From assembly GCA_964647565.1 (NCBI GenBank), contig CAZYIM010000030.1, positions 1-38,038 of the forward strand: a stretch of DNA of 38,038 bases, in the 5' to 3' direction. Positions 18,933 through 28,705 of the stretch are shown here, one piece after another. Made by a program: the position numbers and the translations under genes. The notes beneath the pieces are model-generated. The model was given only the letters and a program-made list of their open reading frames with translations. It had not been told where the DNA came from and made no database searches. This DNA is from an uncultured Methanosarcinales archaeon. GTDB lineage: Archaea; Nanobdellota; Nanobdellia; Woesearchaeales; CAZYIM01. Numbering within the stretch: position 1 is the stretch's first letter; every line of letters begins with the position of its first letter.

Positions 18933-20360
18933 TTATTTCTTATACTTCCGCAGTATTTCCATAGCTTTCTTGCCATCGACTGAACCCTTGAACTTACCCA
19001 TAATCATACCCATCAATGCACCTATTGGAGCGTTTGGATTCTTATCAATAATAGCTTGGATATCTTTCTCGACATCTGCATCATTAGCAAGTTCATACTT
19101 GGACAGGTCAAGACGTTTGCCCCCTGCAACATCAACAAGGAGTTTCATAATCGAATCTTTAGAAATTTGTCCTTTATCAAGACCAGAAAAAGTTTTTTCC
19201 AGGTGTTCATCTTTAATTTTCAATGGATCTAATCCTTTATAGTTCCTTAGTAGTTCTGGAATGTAAGAAACCAATATCTCTGCAATGAATGCAGCTTTGA
19301 CATTCTTGAATTTTTTCGAGAAGGCACTAAAAAGTTCTAATTTACCAGACTTAGTCAGTTTCTTGGCAAGATCATTGCTCAAGCCAAGCTTCTTGATATC
19401 CTCAACTTCTTCTGAAAGCAGTTTAGGAATCTCAATATTCTTCTTATCAGGAACAATCCTCGGAATATCTGTCTCAGGATACATCCTGGAAGCTCCAGGC
19501 ATAGGTCTCATGAACGTTGTTGAAAAATCAGCTTCAGCCTTTCTCACATGAGATTTCTCATTCTTCTTCCCCTTTAAATTCTTCAATTGTCTTTCAAGCT
19601 CATTATTTATCACTTTAGGAATGCTTCGCAAATCCTGAAATCCCTTGATCTCAACTCTTGCACTGCCCTTAATGGAAAGGTTTACATCTTGCCTAATAGT
19701 ACCTATACCCCTCATGCATTTGCCAGTACTTCGAAGCACCATACCAATATGTTCAGCGACTTTCTTGCATTCTTCGGGTGAAGAAATATCTGGATCTGTG
19801 GCAATCTCCAACAAAGGTATTCCCAGTCTGGAAAGATTATATACTACACGATCCTTATGTTTTTCTTCTGCAGGCGCAGCCTCCTCTTCGAGAAAAATGC
19901 CGGCAATACCAATCTTCTTGCCATCAACCTCAATATGTCCATTCCTTCCAACCAATACTGTCCTTTGGAAACCAGATACATTGCTTCCATCAGTAACTGT
20001 CTTCCTCATAACATGCAACTCATCCACTATTTCTGCATTAAGGAGCTTACAAACTTGCAGTGCTGCATAAAGCGCCTCTTGATTGATTGGGTGTGGTGGT
20101 TCTTCATCAAGCTCAACACAACAGACAAGATCATAGAATCCCTGGTACTCATAATAAAGTTCCTTGGATTGCTCATGCTTAGCAGCCTGATCAACTCTGC
20201 CAGTCTCCCCAGCCAAAGCCCTCAATCTTCTAGTGATAGTAAAATCTGGCTTGGTCTTGCGCCGTATCTCAGTAGGACATTCGCAAAAGAGTTTTCTGCC
20301 GGCCAACTGTTGATGAATCTCAATACCACATTTGAAACCGAGTTTCTTATAATCTAACAT
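18933..20360 (-). CDS. gatE: Glu-tRNA(Gln) amidotransferase subunit E (short form)
   Basis: KCGIEIHQQL, DEEPPH, DGSNVSGFQRT, RLGIPLLEIAT, RGIGTIRQDVNLSI, RPMPGASRMYPETDIP motifs. Confidence 0.92.
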   Translation of the reverse strand: MLDYKKLGFKCGIEIHQQLAGRKLFCECPTEIRRKTKPDFTITRRLRALAGETGRVDQAAKHEQSKELYYEYQGFYDLVCCVELDEEPPHPINQEALYAALQVCKLLNAEIVDELHVMRKTVTDGSNVSGFQRTVLVGRNGHIEVDGKKIGIAGIFLEEEAAPAEEKHKDRVVYNLSRLGIPLLEIATDPDISSPEECKKVAEHIGMVLRSTGKCMRGIGTIRQDVNLSIKGSARVEIKGFQDLRSIPKVINNELERQLKNLKGKKNEKSHVRKAEADFSTTFMRPMPGASRMYPETDIPRIVPDKKNIEIPKLLSEEVEDIKKLGLSNDLAKKLTKSGKLELFSAFSKKFKNVKAAFIAEILVSYIPELLRNYKGLDPLKIKDEHLEKTFSGLDKGQISKDSIMKLLVDVAGGKRLDLSKYELANDADVEKDIQAIIDKNPNAPIGALMGMIMGKFKGSVDGKKAMEILRKYKK

Positions 20361-20530
20361 AAAAATAGAGAGTTGGAGAGCATTTATTAATTTTTTGTAA
20401 AGTCAAAAAAATTCATAGATGGAGTTCATAGGTAAATTTTTTTTGATGCCAAAAAGGTTACTGTTTTTTCCAGGTAGCATTTCTCAGAAAAAAAACAAAC
20501 TTTATATAACGTCGGCGTTCTCTTGAAATC

Positions 20531-21553
20531 ATGGCCATTCCCGAAAAAGAACTTAGTAGATTCAGAAAAGCTCTCAAGAAGAGCCAGAAACCTATTTTCT
20601 TCTTTGATAATGACCCTGACGGCCTGTGCTCATTCCTACTATTATATAGGTATATCCAAAGGGGGCGAGGTATTCCGGTAAAGACCACTCCGGGTCTGCA
20701 GCCAGTTCTGTTAAGAAAAGTAGAGGAACATTGTCCAGATGCAGTATTCATCCTAGATGTTGCCATAGTAGATCAAGCATTTTTAGATGGAATCGAAGTA
20801 CCAGTCTATTGGTTGGACCATCACAAGTTCGAAAAACAACAAATAGAGAACTATTTCAATCCATTGATAGGCAATAAGAAGGATGAAAGACCTACAAGTC
20901 TCTGGGCATACAAGATTGTCAAGCAAGACCTCTGGATTGCGATGACAGGTATGGTTGGAGATTGGTTCCTGCCAAAATTCAAAGATAAATTTGTTGAACA
21001 ATACCCCCATCTCCTTAAACCTGATGTTGATACTCCTGAAAAGGCCCTGTTTGAAAGCAGGATAGGCCAGCTTTCAAGGATATTCTCATTCAATCTCCAG
21101 GGTAAACATTCTGATGTGATGGCTGCAATCAAGATCATGACCCGTATTGAAGATCCTGAAGAGATTATGAAAAAGAAAACAGCCAAAGGAAGGTTTGTAT
21201 ATCGGCGTTATGAGAGAATAGATAATATCTACCAACAACTTCTTAATTCTGTAGACACTTCTGATGAAAAGATGATAGTACACATATATGAGGAACTGGG
21301 AGTGTCTCTGACAGCAGAGATTAGTAACGAGCTTCTATATAGATTTCCAAAAAGAGTCAATGTTATTGCCCGGGAGCGTAATAACGAGATGAAATGCTCA
21401 CTTAGAGGCAAACAGGTGAACCTGCTCAAGATAATAAAAAAAGCCTTAACAGGTGTTGAAGGCTATGGTGGCGGCCATGTACACGCCTGCGGAGCCTGCA
21501 TCAAGAAAACAGATTTCAAAAAGTTCTTAAAAAATATCAGAAAACAGCTTTAA
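20531..21553 (+). CDS. DHH/DHHA1-family phosphoesterase (RecJ/NrnA-like)
   Basis: DNDPDG, ILD, LDHH, CSLRG and GGGHVHACG motifs. Confidence 0.9.
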   Translation: MAIPEKELSRFRKALKKSQKPIFFFDNDPDGLCSFLLLYRYIQRGRGIPVKTTPGLQPVLLRKVEEHCPDAVFILDVAIVDQAFLDGIEVPVYWLDHHKFEKQQIENYFNPLIGNKKDERPTSLWAYKIVKQDLWIAMTGMVGDWFLPKFKDKFVEQYPHLLKPDVDTPEKALFESRIGQLSRIFSFNLQGKHSDVMAAIKIMTRIEDPEEIMKKKTAKGRFVYRRYERIDNIYQQLLNSVDTSDEKMIVHIYEELGVSLTAEISNELLYRFPKRVNVIARERNNEMKCSLRGKQVNLLKIIKKALTGVEGYGGGHVHACGACIKKTDFKKFLKNIRKQL

Positions 21554-23013
21554 ACTTTCTTAACAATTCCATGATTCGCATTGACTTCTATCATATCTCC
21601 ATCCTTGAGAGCTTTCGTAGCAATCTTGGTGCCTATGACACAGGGAATTCCAAGTTCCCTTGCAACAATGGCAGCATGAGAGGTTATGCCACCCTCATCA
21701 GTCACGATTGCTAAAGCCTTTTTTAGTATTGGCATAAATTCAGGTCTAGTCATGCTCGTTATAAGTATATCATCCTGCTGCATCTTGCCAAATTCCTCTG
21801 GAGAATTGATGATTCTTGCCTTACCCACGACTCTACCAAGATTGGCAACCATGCCATGCAGGTCTCCGAATACTGCTCTCGAATCAAAGGTTTCAAACTC
21901 ATTCAAAAAAACTTTCGCATCTTCAAAATTAAGAACGCCTGGTTTATCAGGACCAAAAAAAGCAACAGTAAGCTGTAATCTTTTTGACAAAACACTAGAA
22001 TCTATAGTGCCTCCATCTAAAAGGTTTTGTAGTTCAAAGCCTGTTGAATATTCAAGCAGCTTCAGTGGCACATCAAATCTTCTGGACGCATCTTCCAGAA
22101 ATAGGGAAATATAATGATGTGCAAGAATATTAGCTTCTTTCCTTTTGTCCTGCCAATATGTATACTCTTCAATAAGAGTCACCAATAACCGTAATCTTTT
22201 GTTGAATTTCAATTCATCAATCAGTTTTTGTTTCTGGATTTGCGCAGCTTTTAGGTTCTTGAAATAATTGGAAATGAACTTTTCAACAGCTCGGGGTGAA
22301 GCTGCATGCTCACCCATCCTGTCAAGAAAATATGTTTCATCAAGTATTATTGCACGGGAATAGTTATTCTGGATCCAGTGCCATTTTTTCTGGTGTTTCT
22401 TGATTTCTGCAGTAACGTCCATACCATCAATGAAATTTCTAGCTATCAAGCATAATTCATATTTCTCTCTACATAGAAAAGATTCAGCCACAGGATTCGT
22501 CAGGACAGACATTATCTTAAAAAAGTCAGTATCTCTTTTAAATTTCTTAAGATGAAGAGTCAGCTCTTTTCTCATCTCAGTTTCTAAAAAATAACCCATC
22601 ATATCTGCAATCATAGGTAATGCATATTCCCGAATATATGCCAACGAGAACTTTTTATATAATTCGCTAAATTCCTGATCAGAAAGTTCTGAATAGTTAG
22701 TATCATCCATTTCAGCACAGACATCATAAAACTCCTTCGCTATAGGCCTCCATTTAGCAATCAGATTTTTTGTATAATCAGGATCTTTGGACTCTGCTTC
22801 CAAAACCAACCTGCCGATCCTGAACATATCATTCTCATCATAACCATATTGGAAAAAATTCTTTCTGCAAATAGTGATTACTGTGTTAATGCAAAAATCA
22901 TTCTGCCGAGCAAGTTCTACAGTTGCAAGATGGTTAACATACCAGATATAATGATACTTGCCAGGACCCTCTTGGATCCAAGGCTTTATCCCCTTTAAAT
23001 ATTTCAGGTTCAT
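21550..23013 (-). CDS. PEP-utilizer mobile (phospho-His swivel) domain protein with N-terminal helical domain
   Basis: C-terminal GKARII...DILITSMTRPE...VTDEGGITSHAAIVARELGIPCVIGT...DGDMIEVNA. No ATP-grasp or TIM-barrel motifs seen. Confidence 0.88.
   Translation of the reverse strand: MNLKYLKGIKPWIQEGPGKYHYIWYVNHLATVELARQNDFCINTVITICRKNFFQYGYDENDMFRIGRLVLEAESKDPDYTKNLIAKWRPIAKEFYDVCAEMDDTNYSELSDQEFSELYKKFSLAYIREYALPMIADMMGYFLETEMRKELTLHLKKFKRDTDFFKIMSVLTNPVAESFLCREKYELCLIARNFIDGMDVTAEIKKHQKKWHWIQNNYSRAIILDETYFLDRMGEHAASPRAVEKFISNYFKNLKAAQIQKQKLIDELKFNKRLRLLVTLIEEYTYWQDKRKEANILAHHYISLFLEDASRRFDVPLKLLEYSTGFELQNLLDGGTIDSSVLSKRLQLTVAFFGPDKPGVLNFEDAKVFLNEFETFDSRAVFGDLHGMVANLGRVVGKARIINSPEEFGKMQQDDILITSMTRPEFMPILKKALAIVTDEGGITSHAAIVARELGIPCVIGTKIATKALKDGDMIEVNANHGIVKKV
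21590..21651. repeat. 62-bp exact direct repeat, copy 1 (copy 2 at 23050-23111)
   Basis: atcatatctccatccttgagagctttcgtagcaatcttggtgcctatgacacagggaattcc is present identically at both positions. Confidence 0.9.
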
Positions 23014-25997
23014 ACTTTCTTCACCAACCCATTATCTGCATCCACCTCAATCATATCTCCATCCTTGAGAGCTTTCGTAGCAATCTTGGTGCCTATGACA
23101 CAGGGAATTCCCAACTCTCTGCTTACAATAGCTGCATGGCAGGTAATGCCTCCTACATTGGTCACTATGGCTGCGGCTTTCTTGATAGCTGGCATAAGAT
23201 CTGGCATAGTCGCTTCTGAGACCAAGATATCACCTTTATTGATCTTGGTCATCTCTTCAGGCCTGTTGATTATAGCAACTCTGCCCTTTGCCTGTCCAAC
23301 AGAAGCGCACATGCCTTTCAACTCATCAATTTCTTTTATCTCGACTTCCCTGATATTAAGGCTTTCATAGTATTTCTTTGCCTCTTCACCCCAAAGATAT
23401 TTCATGGGTTTGTTCGATTCAAAGTGCATAACAGTATAGTTGACTCTTTGCCTTAAGTCTTCAAGATCTGCCTTTTTAGTCATGATAATCTGGCGAGTTT
23501 CTTCAGGCAGGGTATATCTTAAAAAATTCATAGGCACCCTTGCCCTCTTGCTAATCTCTTTTAGTATCTTGAACCTTGCCACATTACCAAAGAACATAGA
23601 ATCCTTCCTATAACCTTTTAGAAAGCAGATATCTGCAAAGGACTTCAATAATTTCAGGTCGCTATTATCAAGCTTCAGCATCTTAGCCAGTTTCTTCTTG
23701 TCTGCAATTATCTGACTAGGCTTCTCTAATATCTCTTGTTTTAATTTTTGAGCATCAAACTCTGTTGCCACCATCTCTTTAAGCTTGTCTTCAAAGTGAT
23801 CCTGCCTCCAACCATGTCCTGCAAAACCAAAGGATAACCAGAACCATTTCTGTGTGTGCTGCTCTATCATCTGCAACACTTGTTCAGCTTCAGCACCACT
23901 TGCTTTTGCCTCTTTGACAATGTCAAGGAATGCAATCTCTTCTTTTTGTCCAAAGCTTAAATCAGAAGCGAGTGTTAATTTCTGAAGGGTCTCTTGAGGA
24001 CTCAGGTCTAAGCCTCTCTTTTTTATTCTTTTATCGATCAGCTCAAACAGGTGATTATAAAATATGCCATCATAATCAAGTATGTTCCCAAACCAACCCG
24101 ATTCATGCATCCTACGATGAAGTTCATTGTACTCATCATACAGATCTGCCAACTCTTCATCATTTAATTTAGAAATATCCATCTTGAGAAGCTTATCTGC
24201 ATAACGAAAAATCGCGCTGCTCTTGTTCCTGTTGTCTTTGTTGGCAAACATTGGCCAATTGGGATCTGCAACTGCTTTTTTTAGCATGAACTGCCCTAAG
24301 GCCATAATATCTGAAGCATAAAAAAGATCAGCTTTATCTCCTGTAAAAACACCCATCAATCTTGCTGTGGGATATCCTTTCATGCCCAGATCCTTGACAA
24401 AGTATCTGTCTAATAGGTCTTCTTCAAGAGACCATGCATAGCTTATTGTGTCTAACGGACTTATTCCGAATATTTGTTCAAACATAAAAAATTCTTCTTG
24501 TTTCATTCTCATCACATTTCCTTTATCTGCAAACACTTCCACTTGTTCTCCATCCTTGAGTATCTTAGTTGCAAATCTAGTACCAATCACACACGGCACT
24601 CCCAATTCTCTGCTCACAATTGCTGCGTGGCAGGTAACTCCACCTTCGTCAGTGATTATGGCTGAAGCCATCTTCATCAACGGCACCATGTTGGGATTGG
24701 TGGCATATGTAACCAAAATATCTCCCTGATTGAACTTGGAATAATCCTCCTTACCCCTGATTATTTTCACTGCACCTTTGACTCGCCCCTTGCAAGCACA
24801 TTGACCTTTGAGATCTTTGAGATCCTTAGGAATCTGCCTGTGTTTGATGCCCTTGATGAACTCAACACACTCTTGGCCTGTAATCAATCTGGCTTGGCCT
24901 TTTTCAACAACATAGAAGCAGTTTTTCATCCTATCTCGAATTGTTTCCCGAGAGAGTTTTTTACCACCACGCAGCATAGATGTTATCTCATCTATCAACA
25001 GATAGTGACCCTGGCTTGCCGGATAACCAAGTCGCTTCCCAACCTCTTTAAGTAGGCAAGTATCATATACATAGAAGCTATGACATTCAATGTCTTTTCT
25101 AAAGGCTTTCCTGAAACCAAACTCCTGCAACCGTTTGAACATCTGCTTATGCTTCTTGCTAACCTTATGTTTTTTGAAGTCTTTTTTCTGACTTGTTGCA
25201 AGTTGGTTTCGTTGATCAAGAACCCTTTTCAACTCATCTTCAGGATCTTTTTTAAGCCAGTTGACAATATTTTCAGTAAAGTGATCTATTCTGAGAAGTG
25301 GCCCATCAAAACCAAAGTTAACCCAGCAATATTTTGCTTCATGTTTTTCTAGCTTAGTTTTGAAATCAGGAGGCAGTTCATCATATTTTCCTGCAAACAG
25401 CAAATCTCTTACGATTGTATTATTCTTAGCCTCAATCGTCAATCTCAACAGATCTTCTTTCTCCCTGGCTGTAAAGGTTCTTTTGTCTGATGTTGAAAGG
25501 AACTGAAAAAGTTGTTCCGAATTTTCAATCTTTAACTTCCTAAGATGATCTTGTAAATGGTTGGTCCAAAGAGGAGTTCCGTATTCAGTGAATGAAAACG
25601 GTACGCCCCATGTACTCATCTCATAAAAATATGTATAGAACTGCTCAAACAGCTGGGCAAGCTGTTCATCGTCCAACTGCCCAAGATCAGTCCCAACTAT
25701 CGCCTTGTTGAACTCATGGAATTTGAAAAATATCTTATCAAGTCTCTTAAGCATGTTTTTTGAAAATGCTTTATCAGTATTTAGTTTCTTGAATATGTAG
25801 TTGGTAAACTTCTTGTAAGAATCAAGATCATAGGCTTGCCTTAGAAAACCGTTTTCCATGCCTACTGCCTGGAAATCAACGCCTATTCCAAATTCTTTCA
25901 TAAAACCCGTATAATCTGCATCAAAGTGAAATGCATAAGGACAGAGATTAGCTCCGTAGTTTTCATTCAACAAATGCCAATCGACCTTTTTAACCAT
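23010..25997 (-). CDS. Tandem two-module PEP-utilizer swivel-domain protein
   Basis: Two units of about 497 aa, each ending in GGxTCHAAIVSRELG. The second unit begins at Met498 (ATG 24506). AGGAG SD. Confidence 0.88.
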   Translation of the reverse strand: MVKKVDWHLLNENYGANLCPYAFHFDADYTGFMKEFGIGVDFQAVGMENGFLRQAYDLDSYKKFTNYIFKKLNTDKAFSKNMLKRLDKIFFKFHEFNKAIVGTDLGQLDDEQLAQLFEQFYTYFYEMSTWGVPFSFTEYGTPLWTNHLQDHLRKLKIENSEQLFQFLSTSDKRTFTAREKEDLLRLTIEAKNNTIVRDLLFAGKYDELPPDFKTKLEKHEAKYCWVNFGFDGPLLRIDHFTENIVNWLKKDPEDELKRVLDQRNQLATSQKKDFKKHKVSKKHKQMFKRLQEFGFRKAFRKDIECHSFYVYDTCLLKEVGKRLGYPASQGHYLLIDEITSMLRGGKKLSRETIRDRMKNCFYVVEKGQARLITGQECVEFIKGIKHRQIPKDLKDLKGQCACKGRVKGAVKIIRGKEDYSKFNQGDILVTYATNPNMVPLMKMASAIITDEGGVTCHAAIVSRELGVPCVIGTRFATKILKDGEQVEVFADKGNVMRMKQEEFFMFEQIFGISPLDTISYAWSLEEDLLDRYFVKDLGMKGYPTARLMGVFTGDKADLFYASDIMALGQFMLKKAVADPNWPMFANKDNRNKSSAIFRYADKLLKMDISKLNDEELADLYDEYNELHRRMHESGWFGNILDYDGIFYNHLFELIDKRIKKRGLDLSPQETLQKLTLASDLSFGQKEEIAFLDIVKEAKASGAEAEQVLQMIEQHTQKWFWLSFGFAGHGWRQDHFEDKLKEMVATEFDAQKLKQEILEKPSQIIADKKKLAKMLKLDNSDLKLLKSFADICFLKGYRKDSMFFGNVARFKILKEISKRARVPMNFLRYTLPEETRQIIMTKKADLEDLRQRVNYTVMHFESNKPMKYLWGEEAKKYYESLNIREVEIKEIDELKGMCASVGQAKGRVAIINRPEEMTKINKGDILVSEATMPDLMPAIKKAAAIVTNVGGITCHAAIVSRELGIPCVIGTKIATKALKDGDMIEVDADNGLVKKV

Positions 25998-26006
25998 CTT
26001 TATCTC

Positions 26007-26153
26007 CTATGCAGGATCGTAGATACCCCACATCCAATCCTCCATATCGGTCTCAGCATCTTTTTCAGCCTTGATTCTTTGCCGTTCAAACTGCTCTTCA
26101 TCATCTTTTTTCTTTAAAAACCAGAGCCATTTTTCTGGTGTAATAATTCTCAT
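26007..26153 (-). CDS. 48-aa small protein (MRIITPEKWLWFLKKKDDEEQFERQRIKAEKDAETDMEDWMWGIYDPA), absent from the ORF track
   Basis: AGAGGTGA SD, ATGA overlap with the upstream stop, and its TAG overlaps the SD of the next gene. It fills the operon gap exactly. Confidence 0.75.
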   Translation of the reverse strand: MRIITPEKWLWFLKKKDDEEQFERQRIKAEKDAETDMEDWMWGIYDPA

Positions 26154-27694
26154 GAACAATCACCTCTTTCTTCAATGAGTCTGACAACTCCGTTATCAGC
26201 ATCAACTTCTACAACGTCTCCATCCCGAAAGATTTTGGTGGCCATCCTGGTTCCTATTACACAAGGCTTGCCCAATTCTCTGCTTACAATGGCTGCATGG
26301 CATGTTATGCCACCCATGTCCGTCACTATGGCAGAAGCCTTCTGCATGGCCACCACTATCTCCGGTTCTGTCATATAAGAGACAAGAATATTACCGTCTT
26401 CCATCTTAGGAAGATCCTTTGGACTGTTGATGATCTTGACAATACCTTTGGCATAACCGTTTCTGGCGCAGTTGCCCTTGAGCTCACGAATATCGCTGTC
26501 GACAGCCTCTTCGGGCTCATATCGAAGGCTCTTGACAAAGCGCTTGGCTTGATCACCACAGAATATCTTTGATTTTCCATTTTCAATATAATGAAAACTG
26601 TGTTTCCATCTTTCTTCGAGTTCTTTTTTGTTGACTCTTTTTCCATTAAGTGCAGGCCCGATCTCCCAGGGCAACATTTTTCTTAACAACCTGATGTTGA
26701 TACCCAACCGTGATGAGATCTCCTGGAAGAGAGGCTCGACACAATAATAAGAATAAAACATGGCTTCCTTGCTAAAGCTCTTGACATAGATGGTATCTTC
26801 TGCCAGGTTACAAAGCTGCAATAATCCAGCACCAGGTTCTATAGCTGCAATAAGTTCCTCTTTTTTTCTTCTAAGTTCTCCTGGCTCAGTTGTAATCTTA
26901 TATAATTCCTGCTCAAGATAGCATCTCCCCTTTTTAAGAAGCTCTTGCATAGCCTCGAGGAAATGTAGATCACTTAAGGCAGGACCACCAACTCCATATG
27001 GAAGCCATCTATAGTTTTCAGCATGTTGCTTTAGCTTATCTTTGATAACTGTCTCTGTCAGCTCTTTTTCTGATATCAATTCCAATGCAATTCGCAAGAA
27101 ATCCTCTTTTTCCTTGGCTGACTGGTTCTTTTCAACAGGTGTTGAAAGAACTGCAAAGACATTGTCTGCAATCAGATCCAATTGTTTCTTCTTAATACGA
27201 TCATCTAATTTTTTTAGAATATGATTTGTGTAAAGCTCACCAGAGGTCTCTATCAGCCACATGGGTCCACGTCTGATGTGGCTTTGGTTGCGAACATCTT
27301 CGAACTGATTATAGAGTTGTGCTAATTCTTGGTTACTACAGGTTTTAAGATCCTTTTTAAGAAGGTCTTCACTGCAATCTACAAGCTGTTTTGATAGATC
27401 TACGACTTCTTGATTGACTTTTTTTAGCTGTTCAGGATCATCAAGCAGAATTTTTAAGCAATTTTTAGCATTTGCCACCCATTCTTTCTTCTCAAAGACA
27501 TATTTTGCTCCGTCTTTAATGTATTCTGCACCCCCTTGTTTCATATTAGGAAAACCTATCTGTTCAAATTCAGTGGTTAGGCTATGGATAGGTGAAGCTG
27601 CAAATAGATAATGAGAACTTTCTGACTTTTCAACGACGAACCAGGATTCTTTAATCTTTGTCACCTCCAACAAGTTGTATCTTGACAGTGACAA
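26150..27694 (-). CDS. PEP-utilizer swivel-domain protein with N-terminal helical domain (start codon uncertain)
   Basis: VTDMGGITCHAAIVSRELGKPCVIGT motif. No ATG near the 5' end. A perfect GGAGGTGA SD (27661-27668) precedes an in-frame ATT at 27655. Confidence 0.85.
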   Translation of the reverse strand: MSLSRYNLLEVTKIKESWFVVEKSESSHYLFAASPIHSLTTEFEQIGFPNMKQGGAEYIKDGAKYVFEKKEWVANAKNCLKILLDDPEQLKKVNQEVVDLSKQLVDCSEDLLKKDLKTCSNQELAQLYNQFEDVRNQSHIRRGPMWLIETSGELYTNHILKKLDDRIKKKQLDLIADNVFAVLSTPVEKNQSAKEKEDFLRIALELISEKELTETVIKDKLKQHAENYRWLPYGVGGPALSDLHFLEAMQELLKKGRCYLEQELYKITTEPGELRRKKEELIAAIEPGAGLLQLCNLAEDTIYVKSFSKEAMFYSYYCVEPLFQEISSRLGINIRLLRKMLPWEIGPALNGKRVNKKELEERWKHSFHYIENGKSKIFCGDQAKRFVKSLRYEPEEAVDSDIRELKGNCARNGYAKGIVKIINSPKDLPKMEDGNILVSYMTEPEIVVAMQKASAIVTDMGGITCHAAIVSRELGKPCVIGTRMATKIFRDGDVVEVDADNGVVRLIEERGDCS

Positions 27695-27802
27695 ACAATT
27701 ATTGTTGAAGAAATATATATTTTATGCTAATATATTATATATGCATATGTATATATAGATAAATAGAAAAATTTATATATAAAAACATCTTATCGACGAG
27801 AT

Positions 27803-28705
27803 ATGCGAAGAAAAGTAGTCAAACTGGGTCCTGCAACCCTAGTTGTGAGCTTACCAAGCAAATGGACCAAGAAATTTTCAATCAACGCAGGTGATGAGCT
27901 TGAGATGGAAGAGCACAACAAGAATTTAATAATAAGCACAGAAAAAGGCATCAACATAGAAAAAGAAGCTATCGATATATCTAACTGGGATCATCTTACA
28001 TAAAGGATTGTGGCCGCCAAATACCTGAAAGGTTGTGATGAAATCGAAGTGAAGATCAATAGTCTCGCAAAATCCAGAAAGATCCAGGCACGAGTTGACG
28101 ACATGATAGGTGTGGAGATCATAGAGCAGAGCAAAGATAAATTATTGCTTAAGGACATGGGAGGTGGTGGTGAAGATAACTTCGACAGCATCCTTAAGAG
28201 AGTGATTTTCCTATTGCATACATTGGCTGAAGAAAGCCACAAGGCAATCAAGGCAAAAGATACAGACCTGGAATATCTAAAAGATGTTGAGTTAAACATC
28301 AATAAGTTCACAGAGTACTGCATACGGCTGTTGAACAAACAGAACTACCCTGATACCCGAAAGACAGCTGTGCTTTACTGCACAGTCTTCCTGCTCGAGC
28401 AGCTAGGCGATGAGTATAAGAAGCTGGTCTCTTACATAAATGATAATAAGATTAAACTGAACAACAACTTGATTGAGCTTTATGATGTAATATTCAAATA
28501 TCATCTACAGATGGAGCAGATGTTCCTCAAATTCAGCTATGAAAAGGCCATAGAGCTCTCTAAAGAAAGGGATAATATAATTGAAAAGATAGAACACCTT
28601 CTCAAGACAAGCAAATCTAATACTTATATAATCATACTCAAGAACTATGAGAACATCACTGAGACCATAATCAAGATAATGAACGAGTTGATGAATCTTA
28701 ACTAG
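27803..28705 (+). pseudogene. AbrB plus PhoU-like regulator interrupted by an in-frame TAA (28001-28003)
   Basis: ORFs 27803-28003 and 28010-28705 are in the same frame. The read-through product (about 300 aa) is colinear with the paralog at 6100-7008 (TLVVSLPSKW...LKGxD...GxEIxEQ). Confidence 0.8.

Noticed and set aside
21550..27694. Annotation as PEP synthase (ppsA) or pyruvate phosphate dikinase
   Set aside because: Only the mobile His domain matches. The nucleotide-binding and PEP/pyruvate-binding barrel motifs are absent.
28001..28003. TAA reassignment (alternative genetic code)
   Set aside because: TAA is used as a normal stop in many conserved genes here (srp54, mdh, gatE).
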